Notes under the pieces: model-generated
The model's database searches: none
What the model was told of the DNA's origin: nothing
The model's input: the letters and a program-made list of their open reading frames with translations, nothing else
Program-made: the position numbers and the translations under genes
Shown here: positions 26,549-40,750 of the stretch, in pieces
Position numbering within the stretch: the first letter of the stretch is position 1
Layout: each line of letters opens with the position of its first letter
NCBI RefSeq assembly: GCF_006345805.1
Contig: NC_043003.1
Coordinates: forward strand, 36,456,001 to 36,520,000
DNA: 64,000 bases
Direction: 5' to 3'
Source of the DNA: Octopus sinensis
Lineage: Eukaryota

Positions 26549-27370
26549 CTACCAAAAGTACCCGTCCCTTGAACGGTGTAGTTTATTATAATGTGGCCTT
26601 CCTTTGAACGGTTTAAGTTGAATTAGCCCGTAATTAGAAGTCGTTTCAAGTTGATAAACGTAAATTGTATAATTACCAATTTCATTAGCAATTTATTATA
26701 TGGTATTAAGCAAACTAGGTAATGAATAAAATTTTGTGAACACAAATTTGGCAGTTAGTAATAAATGGAAATCCATGAAATGAGGTCGCAATTGCTGTAG
26801 GCATCAGCGATCATATATCTTACTTGAAGCATTTTGTAGCATGTAGTTATTTTACTCCTAATGCCTGACACAACCGCATTGAATCTTTTCTCAATGGAAG
26901 TCATGTGTGATAAACAAAAGCAAGCATTTGTAGCAATCACGCAAATAAAGTAATGGCGTGTACAAAAATAAATGTGGGAGCATGCTTATGAGCGAACAAC
27001 GTGCGTGAAGTGAGAAGGGTCATTGAAGGTAATTTACTGTTAACAGCAATCACGGAAATGAAGCAAAATATCAATGAAATGCTTGTAGCAAGTCGGATGT
27101 CTAACGGCTACGGTTTGGCGTAGATGTGAAGATTGTAGTAGAAGAGTAAATAGTGTATGATTACTTTGTAGACGACATTTTTTTTTTCCTTCAAGAGCGT
27201 GGATGAATAAATTGTCTGGATGGCCAACTCTGGAACAACTGACGTAGAACTGTCCATGTGAAAAGCATGACGTTCGAAAGACCAATCTGACAACTTTCAA
27301 CGATTGACATTGTGCTTTGTTGCTACCACGAGGCAGCCTCATCGTGGACCATTTTCGTTGTACCCCTGTA
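26549..27370 (-). mobile_element. Helitron 3' fragment: RepHel helicase C-terminus plus terminal hairpin
   Basis: NKAQCQSLKV...CFSHGQFYVSCSRVG are Pif1-like helicase motifs V/VI; minus-strand hairpin ccgttc-aag-ggacgg (26561-26576) followed by GTAG|T (canonical CTAG|T). Confidence 0.8.
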
Positions 27371-27559
27371 CATCACTTGGCATTTCGTGTGGAGACCCAC
27401 AGAGGCAGTCTACTTGTGGGAGCGGACTACGCCAACTGCCTCACTGACAGTCCAAGTCGTGTTGTTCAGAGAAGTGGGAAGATAAATTTAATCTAACGGT
27501 AGTAGGTGTAAATAACTGGAAGCCGTTAGCAAGAACTCTGCATACAGAAGCCCTGACGC

Positions 27560-27700
27560 AAGTCCACTTTTCTCATCTGCACTCTATCTTGCATATCAGG
27601 TGGCAGGACCCCATTCCGGGATCAGTTAATGTGGACGTTAGCATTACCTCAACGCAGCTGCACTGGGCGGATCACGTTTACAGGATTTAGGGCGACTGGC
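27560..27700 (+). mobile_element. RTE LINE relic
   Basis: ILHIRWQDPIP...QLHWADHV matches the LHIRWQDKVP...QLRWAGHV segment of the RTE at 48628. Confidence 0.45.
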
Positions 27701-27799
27701 TCCAAAAGATAGTTTACTACACTGTTTTGCGTCAATGTATGAGGAGTCATGTTGACCAGATGTGATGATATAGGGTTCTATTCAAAAGACATATGAAGA

Positions 27800-28320
27800 A
27801 CTTCGGCAGGAGAGAAGGCCCTGCAGCACGATGAATATTACTAAACGCTAAAGCACATACTTCCAACCATGGAAGAGAAAAACCGGAGAGAGTATGAAGT
27901 TTATGAGAGGCGTCCCTTCTGCGTTGCGTCAATAACTTCAACTCCGGTAGATGTTGTCGTTGCTGTTGATCACATTCGCGACTGCCAGAGAACACTTCTG
28001 ATTAAGAACAGTCAATGTCGACCTACAACGCACAGCTTCCCCAAAAATTCTTAAGCAAGGATGAGTGTTGGGTCATTCATTTGAGCCAGACACAAAGAAA
28101 CAATTTATGGAGTGGGAACATGACTCCAAACGTACTCTTATAAAGGTCAAGGTAGTTTCAACGGCGGAGATGGTGATGGCCACAGCTTGTTTTTTTTTTT
28201 TGAGATGTACTATGTATTATATTTATAGACTATCTTCAAATGTCCCACACCCTCAGTGGAAAGTAGTAGGCCAACTTTCTGAGGCAGTTACGAAAAGGTA
28301 TGAAAACGAAACGCTCACGA
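27800..28320 (+). mobile_element. Mariner transposase relic
   Basis: HSFEPDTKKQFMEWEH...KVKVVSTAEMVMAT resembles the mariner YDPETKQQSMQW...SAGKVMATVFWD. Confidence 0.6.
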
Positions 28321-28344
28321 AAATTATATATATATGTGTAAGTA

Positions 28345-28380
<36 letters not shown>

Positions 28381-28510
28381 TGTATGTATGTATATGCATA
28401 CACACACACACATATATATATACATGTATATATGAGTATATATATATGTATATATATATACATATATATTTGTGGATTATATATATGTATGTATATATAT
28501 GAATTATATG

Positions 28511-28557
<47 letters not shown>

Positions 28558-29949
28558 CACCAGTGCTACATGGTGTATTGGGAGTCCCTGAGGATCTTAA
28601 TCTGCGACCCAGATTTATTTCCTATCTGAAGCATATTTCACTTCACTTATGTCGGCAACATCCCATTTCTCTCTTCTCTAAAAGTAGTTCATTGTTCTAC
28701 TTGAAAAAAAAATTATACAAATATTTCTAATCAAAAATTCATATCAATTCACATAACATTAACATCAAAAACAATGGACTGCAATTTTTTGAAAAAAAAA
28801 GTAATAATAGCAAATGAATAAATAAATGAATAATAGAGAAGAAACTATAAAATAAATGGCGACTCATGTACATTGAATGCACCGTGTTGAAAACTATGCT
28901 GTCTTCTCTGTCGCACACTTAAAAACCTCTTAACGAGATAACAGAAAATTCAACACTAGGGAGAAGGGAAAAAAATGTGATTTTCCAAAAGCTACGTTAA
29001 TCCCCTAAATGTTTGGAGGAAAGTAACATCAAAAGGGATGCAACTAAAATTAACATGAACAAAATTGAAATGTCATTATATGGGATTGATCTTCAATAAA
29101 ATCAAGCCATTATAACGTGGGCTGTTCAAATGGCTGCTTAACCTTTTTACAGAAAAGATTATCGAATAAAGAAACACAAAAACAAATAAAAATTTATAGT
29201 GCTGTTGCTTTTTTAATTACTACTGCTTTTTTAAAAATCTTTATTATATTTAATATTTATGAATAAATTTTGTTGTGTTAATACAAATCTAAGGTTGCCT
29301 ATAATTGATTTCTTGAGACTAGACATCGGCCTATTCTGGATGGAACGAGGCTGTTTGGTGAATCTGGACCAGTTGTACTAGCGTTAAATTTAAGGATTTA
29401 GTTAGAATTTGAACTCGAATGCTTAGCGTAAGTAACTGAAATGCAATTGTTCCAGTGAACTACGTTCTTATAGAGCTGCTTCGTACACAATTTCATTTTT
29501 TAGTGTTTTTTTATTATTCATTTTTCTCATTATTTTCTATACGCTTTTTAGTGTCGACGGTTAAAGTTGTAGACACAAGTCAAAATTTTTCAGAGAAGTA
29601 AATCACAAAGAACAGAAAAGTGAAATCTGAATGATAGTTATTTAACAAACCACGAATGATAAAAAAATAAAGCTCGTTAATTTAGACGGAGTATGAAATC
29701 AAAAACATTTCTTTAGTTTAGTGTATTGATTATAATATTTACATTGCATTTCTTTCCATTTCTTATTACAAAGTCTTCATTTAATTAATATTCATATTCT
29801 AAGCAAAATTTCGTGACAAGTTATATTACTTTGCTAACATAAAGCATGACATTGGTAGCAGGAAAACAGATTGAGACAATCACAATTTCTCTTGCCACAT
29901 ATTCATTATAAATATGAAATACGATATAAGGTGTTAAATTGGTTTCCAA

Positions 29950-30129
29950 TTTTGACACAAGGTCAGCAGTTTCGTGGAAGGCATAAACCGATTACTTATT
30001 TTATCGACCCTGAAAAATGAAAGGTAAAATCGACCTCGACGGAATTTTAACTCAGGACGTAAAAACGGACGAAATGTCGCTAAACAATTATTTGCCAGGC
30101 GTCCTAATGATTCTGCCAGGTCGCCGCCT
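29950..30129 (-). mobile_element. SINE family B copy
   Basis: Reverse complement of the aggcggcgagctggcagaa head plus tcgaccc/aaatgaaagg blocks. Confidence 0.7.
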
Positions 30130-30724
30130 ATAGTTAGTCGTTAAATTGACAAACTTCATTCGATATATTAAATGCATATATAAAGCATATATGAATATTT
30201 ATTAGAATAATGGCATTTATTATTAAAATTGCCTGAAACGCATTCCTTTGCCGAACGTATGTTCTTTCAAATGTCTTGAATCGATACTTTGTAAATTTCA
30301 AGAAGTCAATCTTCGTTTGAATTTTTTAATTTGTATACCTAAACGGAATTTTTAGGTATACAAATTTGGGTATCACATAATAAGCTACATGCTATGATTG
30401 ATTGATTGATAATTCATATGACATTATCTTTAATTTACATTTATGTTTTACTTGTTTCTGTTTCAAGACTGCGGCCTTGCTAAGGTCAAATCTTAAAGAA
30501 TTGTCCGCAGTAATTTTTATTTTTCAAAGCCAGGTATTTATTCTATTTGTTACTTTTCCCGAACTGCTTGATAACGGGGATGTAAACAAACCAACAATGG
30601 TTGACAAGCAGTGACAGGGGACAAAGAGACACGAAGACACACTCACACAAATACATACATACACACACACACGTATGTATATATAAATATATATATATAT
30701 ACATGCATATATATAGATAGATTA

Positions 30725-30873
30725 TTTTATTCTCTTTGTTGTTTCAGTCATTTGAGTGCGGCCATGCTGGAGCACCGCCTTTAGTCGAGAAAATCCACCC
30801 CAGAACTTATTCGTTGTAAGCCTAGTACTTTTCTATCGGTTTTCTATGCCGAACCGCTAAGTTATGGGGACGT

Positions 30874-30916
<43 letters not shown>

Positions 30917-31071
30917 CGACGGGCTTCTTTCAGCTTCCCTTTACCAAATTCACTCACAAGGCTATACCCGAGGCTGTAGTAGAAGACACTTGCCAAAGTG
31001 CCACGCAGTGGGACTGAACACGAAACCATGTTGTTGGTAAGCAAACTACTTACCACATAGCCACTCCTGCG

Positions 31072-31073
<2 letters not shown>
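30725..31073 (-). mobile_element. SINE family A copy with internal (CA)n(TA)n
   Basis: Head ccacatagccactcctgcgcct; tail cagtcatttgagtgcggccatgctggagcaccgcc. Confidence 0.85.
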
Positions 31074-31137
<64 letters not shown>

Positions 31138-31164
31138 CGTATATCCATAGAAAATGATTTGATA

Positions 31165-31266
31165 GGCCAGAGGCTAGAGTAGAGACACTTGCCCAAGGTG
31201 CAACGCAGTGGTACTGAACCTCGAAACATATTATTGGGAAGCCACCTTCTTCCACACAGACATGCG
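31165..31266 (-). mobile_element. SINE family A head fragment
   Basis: gacacttgcccaaggtgcaacgcagtggtactgaacc. Confidence 0.7.
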
Positions 31267-31670
31267 TCAGTATATTTTGTTATATAAAGTAACATTTTTT
31301 CTCATTTACAGATGTTATTAAATGGAAAGTAGCATTATTCTTAGTAGGTAAAATTATGAAGAAAAATAGCACAAGCATAAATGTTACATATGTGAAGCAA
31401 ATGTTTAAAAAATTTATGGGTGAACTATGGAAATATTGACCATATAATGGATCAGTAACACTGTAGTCCGGTAGCATATGTCCTGGAATATTTGGGGATG
31501 TATTTCATGATTTGTAATTAGTAGAGTAGAACCAAATCAAATAAGTTTGCAATCACTTTCATTGTCTTCTACATTGGAATTCTAAATAACATGCTTTCTA
31601 AAAAGGTATTATTCATCTTTCGCATAAACAAACATACATATATGTGAATATATATAGTTATATATACATG

Positions 31671-31705
<35 letters not shown>

Positions 31706-31771
31706 TAATATATATATATATAAGAGTATAGATTGTAAGAGTATAGATTGAATTAATATATAAGTTCCATT

Positions 31772-31850
31772 CTAGCAAAACCTGTCTGATGAACGGCAAC
31801 GAGAACTCAGAGTAACAGATTTTGTTGAATTTTCTGCTGCTTCAAATAAA
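31772..31850 (+). repeat. Dispersed repeat with decayed HHR-like motif; second copy 38361-38505, partial third copy 60746-60800
   Basis: ctagcaaaac(c)tgtc(t/c)gatgaacggcaacg...gagtaacag...ttttgttgaattttctgctgct is shared by the first two copies; ctggtatttgagtactc...acatttatgtgtttactccg is shared by 38455 and 60746. Confidence 0.75.
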
Positions 31851-31908
31851 GTATATATATATATAGATATATATAATATATATATATATATATTATAATA
31901 TATATACA

Positions 31909-32310
31909 CTCTTTTACTCACTTTTACTTGTTTCACAGTCATGTGACTGTGGCCATGCTGAAGCAATGTCTTTAGTCGAGAAAATCGACCCCAGGACTTA
32001 TTCTTTGTAAGCTTAGTACATAATCTATCGGTCTATTTTGCCGAACCGTTAAGTTACGGGAACGTAAACACATGAGAATCGGTTGTCAAACGATGTTGGG
32101 GTGGGGGGAACACAAACACACAAACACACACACAGATACATATATACGACGGGCTTCTTTCAGTTTCCGTTTACGAAATCCACTCACAAGGCTTCGGTCG
32201 GCCCGAGGCTATAGTAGAAGACATTTGCCCAAGGTGCCACGCATGGACACTGAACCGAGGACCATGTGGTTCGTAAGTAAGTTACATACGACACAGCCAC
32301 TCCTACGCCT
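31909..32310 (-). mobile_element. SINE family A copy
   Basis: Same head and tail as the 22525 and 30725 copies. Confidence 0.85.
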
Positions 32311-32367
<57 letters not shown>

Positions 32368-32389
32368 ATACATATATATACACATATAC

Positions 32390-32431
<42 letters not shown>

Positions 32432-32933
32432 CGCATACACACGCACGCACGAAAAAATGTACATATATATATATATACATGTATGTATGTATATATGCAT
32501 ATGTGTATATGTATATGTATATGTGCTGGCGTGCAGATTTTCCGGATATATTTTTCAGTCATGATATATGCACTTGGATACCGGCGTGAATCATGATACC
32601 CGATACTCTTTACCTCCTGACCCCAAATTGCTGTCCTTGTGCTAATATTCGTGTCCAATATTCATATGGCTTCTAGTCATCTACATCAGCTACCTTCTCG
32701 ACTACAACTTGAATCTTTATGCTCTCTAACGCCGTTGATTATTTACCGATGCATCAACTTCTTCAAAAAGTGAGACAAAAATTAATGAGTTTGGAACGAA
32801 AACCTTGTATATGAATCTGTGTGTGTTTGTGTCTCTCTGCGTGTTCGCGTTCGCATTTGAGTGCCTGTGTGTATACACACATATATATACGTGCACTCAC
32901 ACACAAACATACGCTCACAAATACACACACACG

Positions 32934-32973
<40 letters not shown>

Positions 32974-33425
32974 CCTGCTCGCTTAACCAGCGGGGTGGCG
33001 TCATTTGAAGGCTAAAACAATGCGAAGCGCATTGTGACCAGCGATGCGTAGCAACAGTTCGGTAGGTCACGGTGATCACGGTGATATATATATATGTATA
33101 TATATATAGATATATATATATATATATATGTATATACATTTATATAAATAAGGATAAGATCGTTAATCTAAAATAAAACAACGAACTTATCAAGTGGTCA
33201 GCATGGAAGAAATATCCTTCAAATGTAATAATTATTAAAATTATAAATTAGGGTATCTACGAGATACCACCATGCTGAGAAAAGCACTCATGAACCGACT
33301 CTAAAAACCTAATTTATAATTTCAATAATTTTATATATATATATATGTTGTGTGTGTGTGAATATACATATATATATATATATATATACAAGCACACACA
33401 CACATTATATATATATATATATATA

Positions 33426-33457
<32 letters not shown>

Positions 33458-34987
33458 CTATACATACATACATACATACATATATTTATTTATATGTATT
33501 TATGTATGTATACATATTGTAAGTACTTCTATATTATGTAAAATATGCGAGTGGTATACGTATGTATTTTCCTTGTGTGAAAGCCCTTAGTAAATAATAA
33601 ACATAATGTGAGAACATGCTGTAGGTTTGAACCCTGAATACGTTATTCTCGACGATTGATGTAGATATTTATATGCATAATATTTATTTTCAGACGTAGA
33701 ATTGTTTGCGTTTGTGTTGCTCGCCTTTATGCCCGCCGATGCAGTTTACATACTGAGAGAAACCTATACAAAACGCACACATATATTTATTCCAGTATTC
33801 GTTTGTTGTACGCATGTATGACTGTAAGTTTATGGATGTGCGCAATTTTGTTGTTTTTTTTATAGTTGCACGTAATTCTTTGCATACGAGTATATTTGTA
33901 GATAACGGGGCATGTGTTCATTTGCTAGTGTGCGTATAGGTATGATTCATGTATCGTTTGTTTAGATGCCTGTCATTTAATACATACGTAACTTCTATAC
34001 TTCCATCCATCTATGTGCGTCTATGTATGTGCGATCTGCCTGTCGGCCCCGTCTCTTCACGCCTTTCACTCTCTCTCTCTTTCCTACTCTCTCTCTCCTC
34101 TCTCTCTCTCACCTTTTCTCCCTCTCTCTCTCTCTCTCATTCTCTCTCCCGTATATTCGTTCCAACAGCCTGCTTTTTCAAGTCTCGATCTACAGTTCTA
34201 TTTCCATCACCTTTCATTCCTTCCGTTTCCTACATTTTCTATCACATTTTTCTTCTTTCAGATTCTTATCTCATTTTGTTTTTCTATAATCTCATTATAT
34301 TTATATTCTAAACTCTCTTTATGCCACATATACTTCGTGTTCTTCACTATCGGCATTATTTACATGCGTAGGTGTATGTGTGCGTATATGTGTGTATTTG
34401 CGAGCACGCTTTCGTGCCTGCGCGTGAGAGGCCACACTGTATGGATGCATATACATATGCATATATATACATATATACATATATATATCGATGTGTGTGT
34501 GTGTGTGTGTGTGTGTGAACGTTTATGCATCGTTTATCATTTAATTCTCCTCCCATCGCTAGTCTGGTCTCACAGTTGAATATATTTAGTAAATATGAAA
34601 GTAGCTCCACCCATTTGTTTGACGTCATTTCTTCTACTGCGTCTTAAAGAAACTATGAATGATGACTTTGTGAGTTTAGAAACACCTGAAGTTTTACTTT
34701 AAAGATATAAAACTAACAACTAGTACTGCTACTGTATTTACTTATGTATGATTATACATACGCGTACACACACACACACACATAAACACACACACAAACT
34801 CAAACACACACACACACACACACACATACATTACATATAAACAAATGAATTATCATACAAATAGATTCTGTAGTTGGACACTTAAATGTGTGTGCGTATA
34901 TTTGAATCTATGAGAGTTTGTGCTTGATTGGGGCTATGGGAGTGTTTATCATATATGTATATATATATATTATATATATATATATAG

Positions 34988-35020
<33 letters not shown>

Positions 35021-35034
35021 TATATATATGTATA

Positions 35035-35066
<32 letters not shown>

Positions 35067-35269
35067 CAAATATATATTTTTATATATTAATACTATATAT
35101 ATAATATAATATATATATATATATATACCAATATATATTTTTATATATATATATATATATGCAAATATATATATATATATTATATATATATATATATTAT
35201 AGATGCAAATATATTACATATAAATATATATATATATGCAAATATATATACAAATATATATATATATAT

Positions 35270-35600
35270 GTTCTTTTATTCTTATAATCTTATATTTGTG
35301 TCAGTTATTTGGCAGCGGTCATCCTGAAGCACTACCTTTAGTCGAACGAATCGACCCCCGGACATATTCCTTGTAAGTTTATTACTTATTGTATCGAACT
35401 GTTATCCCGAACAACTAAGTTACAGGGACGTAAACACATGAAAATCGGTTGACAAGTGATGATGGGGAACAAACACAGACACACAAACATATACATATAT
35501 ACATACGACGAGATTCTTTTAGTGGACGTCTATCAAATCCACTTACAAGACTTTAGTTTCACCGAGACTCTAGAAGACAATTGCCCGTGGTGCCACGCCT
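35270..35600 (-). mobile_element. SINE family A copy, 5'-truncated and degraded
   Basis: tttagtcgaacgaatcgacccccggac...aaatccacttacaagac blocks. Confidence 0.7.
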
Positions 35601-35824
35601 ATATACTTATATATATATATATATGTGTATATGTATACTATATATATATATGTATATATAAATATATATATGTATATACATATGTACATATATATATATA
35701 TATGAATATGTATACATATATATATATTTATATATATATATATGTATGTATATAAATATATATACCTACATATATAGACAGATATATATATATACTATAT
35801 AAATCCTCCTAAATCCTTAAAAAT

Positions 35825-36189
35825 GTTTAAGCCCGAAGGCCGCGGCCATGCTGGGGCACCACCGCTGATGAGCTACACTAGTTTGTGAATCCACCTCTGA
35901 TACGTGGCACTTGATCAACAAGGGAGTTCGATGCTGCTGCCCGCATCCGTGTCTCCTGTCGTGAGGTAGGTTCATCTGGGACTCCCCAACAAGAAGAGAT
36001 CCAGTTTAGTTTTAAAGAAACCCACATCCACACCATGTAAGTCCTCTCAGGCATTTAGGGAGGATGTTAAAGAGCTGTGGTCCTCTGAAACCCAAGCTGT
36101 TGCAGTATCTAGACCTGTATTTTGATGGTGATGTTGGAATCCTTGGCACCACGCAGCGGCGCCCCGTTCTGCGGTTGGAGTAACTTTGA

Positions 36190-36190
<1 letters not shown>
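35825..36190 (-). mobile_element. CR1/L2-clade LINE 3' fragment, copy 1
   Basis: RTGRRCVVPRIP...YCNSLGFRGPQLFNILPKCLR; tail ggtgccccagcatggccgc. Confidence 0.8.
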
Positions 36191-36225
<35 letters not shown>

Positions 36226-36825
36226 GCATAAATAAAAAAAAATATATCCATATATATACATAAATATGCATATGAATATACATACGTACATATATATGAG
36301 TGTATGTGCATATGTAAGTGTTTGTGCTTATATGTATGTATGTTTGTAGGCTGCTTCCTTTCTTTGCATGTGTATGTACATACATACATACACACATGCA
36401 TACACACATACATACATGCACACATACACACATATATATATACATACATATACATATACATACATACATATACATACATATACATATACATACATACATA
36501 CACATACATACATACATATACATACATATACATACATATACATATACATACATGCATACATATACATACATATATATATATACATGCATACATATATACA
36601 TACATATATACATACATACATATATATACATAGACATACATATACATACATATACATATATACATACATGCATATACATACATGCACATACATAAATACA
36701 CATACATAAATACACATACATACATACACATACATACACATACATAATATACATATACATATATATGTACATATATATGCATATATATATATATATGCAC
36801 ATATATATGCACATAAATATATATT
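36190..36825. repeat. Compound (TA)n/(TACA)n microsatellite
   Basis: Directly visible. Confidence 0.95.
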
Positions 36826-36829
36826 TTTT

Positions 36830-37586
36830 CTCTAGTTTCAGCTCAGAGCTGCGGCCATGCTGATGCCCCGCCATTTGGTGCTACACTGTTATTACGAAGA
36901 ACCTCGTCTAATATGTGGCACTTGGTGAAGAATGGAGTTTGATATAGCTACTCTCATTTGCACCTCTTGCCGTGAGGTAGGTTCATCTGGGACTCTCGAC
37001 AGGAAGACGTCCAGCTTTGATTTAAAAACAGCTACATCTACTTTGTGCAAGTTACTCAGACTCCTTGAGAGAATATTAAAAAGCTGTGGGCCCTTGAAAC
37101 CCAGGCTGTTGCAGAAGCTGGTCCTGAAGCGTGATGGCATTGCTGGGAACTTTGGCACTATGCAGTGTCGTCCCGTTCTAGCATTGGTGTAGCTTACAAT
37201 GCCAAAAATTGGCACAATTCCTTCCAGAATCTTCCAGACATATGTTACAGCATACCTCTCCCGTCTTCTCTCCAGGGAGTAGAGATTTAACTATTTCAAC
37301 CTTTCCCAGTAGCTGAGCTGTTGCAAAGAGACGATCTTTGTGAATCTTCTCTGGATTGCTTCAAGGTCCGCTGTTAGTTTTACACTGGTGGGTGACCATA
37401 GCTGTGAGCAGTAATCCAGGTGGCTGAGGACGAATGTCCGCCAGAGGACCATCATGGTTTCCTTATCTCTGGTTCTGAATGTTCTTAGGATCCATCCAGC
37501 CAGTCGTATGCACTTTGTCACCATCCTGGTAATGTGCACTTGGAAAGAGGTATCATCACTCATGACGATAACCAGGTCCCTCATGC
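36830..37586 (-). mobile_element. CR1/L2-clade LINE 3' fragment, copy 2 (RT thumb / C-terminus plus 3' tail)
   Basis: [17 protein letters not shown]...ILRTF...[15 protein letters not shown]...LEAIQRRFTK...LSYWERLK*LNLYSLERRRER...GPQLFNIL...FKSKLDVFL, typical of CR1-group LINEs. Confidence 0.9.
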
Positions 37587-38214
37587 ATATACAGACATAT
37601 ATATATACACACATATATATACATATATATATACATACCATATATATATATATACACATATATATATACGCATATATATACACACACATATATATATATA
37701 CACACGTATATATATATACACACATATATATACACACGCATATATATGCACATATATATATACACACATATATATATACACATATATATACACACACATG
37801 TATATATATACAAATATATATATATATATATATAAACATATATATATATATATATACACACATATATATATATACACACATATATATATACACAAATATA
37901 TATATACACTTATTTATACATATATATACTATATATATATACACACATATATAATACACACATATATATATAAACACATATATATATATATAAACATATT
38001 ATATACATATATACACATATATACACATATATATATACACATATATATATACACACATATATATATCACACATATATATATATATACTATATACACTATA
38101 TATATACACATATATATACACATATATATATATATACAATATATATAGATATTATATATATATATATGTATATATAATATATATCCATATATATATGTAT
38201 ATATATATATATAT

Positions 38215-38255
<41 letters not shown>

Positions 38256-38289
38256 TATATATGCACATATATATACACACACACATATA

Positions 38290-38336
<47 letters not shown>

Positions 38337-38583
38337 TCACACACATATATACTTTGTTTGCTAGCAAAACTGTCCGATGAACGGCAACGGGAACCGAGTA
38401 ACAGGTTTTGTTGAATTTTCTGCTGCTTTAAATAAAGCATATTCACTCTACCACTGGTATTTGAGTACTCTCTTCCAACCTTTTTCACATTTATGTGTTT
38501 ACTCCGTATATATTATATAATTATATATATCTATATATAGTATATATATATATATATATGTATGGTATATGTATATATTATAT

Positions 38584-38632
<49 letters not shown>

Positions 38633-38759
38633 TTATAACCTTGCCAAAAGCATTATGCCAACCTAATGCTTTGGTATTCTGCTATCTCACTGTTAATGAA
38701 ACTCGTGCACGTGGTAGGTTATGGTATATATATAATATATATATATATATATAATACAT

Positions 38760-38791
<32 letters not shown>

Positions 38792-39260
38792 TATACATAT
38801 TATATTATAATACATATATATATACATATATATATACACATATATATACACATACACACACATATGTATATATACATATATACACATATACACATACATA
38901 TATACATATATACACATATACACATATATATATACATATATACACATATACACACATATATATGCATATATACACATATATATACATATATAACACTTAT
39001 ATATATACATATATACACATATATATACATATATACACATATATATATATATACACATATATATATATACACACCTATATATATATATACATATATATAT
39101 ACACACACATATATATATATACACATATATATATACACACACACAACATATATACACACACACATATATATATATACACATATATATATACACACATATA
39201 TATACACACATATATACGCACATATATATATGTAGACACACACACACACTTATATATATA
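37586..39260. repeat. ~1.7-kb compound (TA)n/(CATA)n/(CA)n microsatellite field with embedded repeat fragments
   Basis: Directly visible. Confidence 0.95.
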
Positions 39261-39262
39261 TA

Positions 39263-40744
39263 CAACCTTGCCAAAAGCATTATGCCAACCCAATGCTTTG
39301 GTATTCTTCTATCTCACTGTTAATGAAACTCGTGCACGTTTTAGATTATGGTATATTTCACAATATACATAAGTTTTGATATCTGGATAACCCTTCTTTA
39401 GCATTAATTGCCGGTTTTATAGGATTAGGCATTGAATCAGCTAGTTTCCGCAGATGCTGGGCGCAGTTTACACAATTCTCCTCTCAACATTTGGTACAAA
39501 TGCTCTTCATTTTTGATCGTTGTGTTCCTGACAGCTTCACCACATGTGTTCGATCGGGACTTTGAGCTGGCCAGTCCGATTTTTCTCTGCTGTACGACGT
39601 GGAGCGTTATCCTGTTGAAAGACAGCACCTTATTTCGATACCCCTGGATGCAATTTAGCACATTAAGGCTCAAAAACATCCAATAACACAGAAACATATG
39701 TAGCTGAATTCATCCTTCTCTGACATAAAAACATTTCTCCGGGCCCTGTGGTAGACATGCAGGCCGACACCATGATAGAACTACCCCCATGTTGTACAGT
39801 TGGTACCAGACATTCAGCCTTAAATGATTCCCTAACTCTGCGACGCACAAAAGTCTCTCCAGATGTTCTGAAAACCTAGGTAAAAACATGAAAAGTAATA
39901 TTAGCTTTATGTTGGATACTTTTTTATATATATTTTGGGTAACAAACGAGTTATATTGAGTTTATATTTTGTTTGAATACATGTATTATCTTCGTTCATA
40001 GTTATTTACATCAGGCCATATGACTTACAACGATTGTTCACTGGTCCAATTTGAGTGATTTTTTTCCATATTCGCTTCAGAAGCCCGTGGCGTCTTCTTG
40101 GCTTTACAGCCTTTCAGACAGTATTCTACAAGCCTAATAGTTCTGTTTGATATTTGCGAAGTACATGCCTCGTTGAAGTCCGCACAGAGCTCCGACGATG
40201 TTTTTCTCCTGTTTCTGAGCGGGTGATGGGTGATAAAGCTGTCATCACAAGGTGATGGATGATAGAGCTGCCTTCACGAGGTGATGTAACTTTTTTCCCT
40301 ACCTGTTCTTTGTATAGTCTTCCCATCTTTTGTCTCTCTTAAGCGCTTGAGAGTTGTTTGCACTGCACATCGAGAACATTTCATCTCCTGAGTAATGTGC
40401 GTTTGAGACATTCCATATTCATGATGAGCTAAGATTTGACCTCGCTCACACTCACTCAACTCCCTTGTTGTAGGCATTTTACTGTTTATTAACTGTATCA
40501 ACAAAGTATTTTAGCATAAACCACTGAAATAATCAAGGAAACATAAGTTAATTTTGGGCGTTGGTCATACACATAATTGGTTGCATATGTAGAGTATAAA
40601 AGTGGTAATCGATGCTTAAGAAGGGTCAACCAAATATTAAAACTGATGTATATTGTGAAATATGCCATCATCTACGAGTTTCATTAACATTGAGATAGCA
40701 GGACCCCAAAACATTGAGGTGGCCTAATCTTTTGGCCAAAGCTG
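39263..40744 (-). mobile_element. Tc1-family transposon, degraded, ~140-bp TIRs, TA target site
   Basis: TA|caaccttgccaaaagcattatgccaac ... gtggcctaatcttttggccaaagctg|TA; the TIRs align over about 39263-39404 vs 40612-40744. Transposase: MPTTRELSECERGQILAHHEYGMSQ (paired HTH), PTVQHGGSSIMVSACM, FQQDNAP. Confidence 0.9.
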
Positions 40745-40750
40745 TATATA

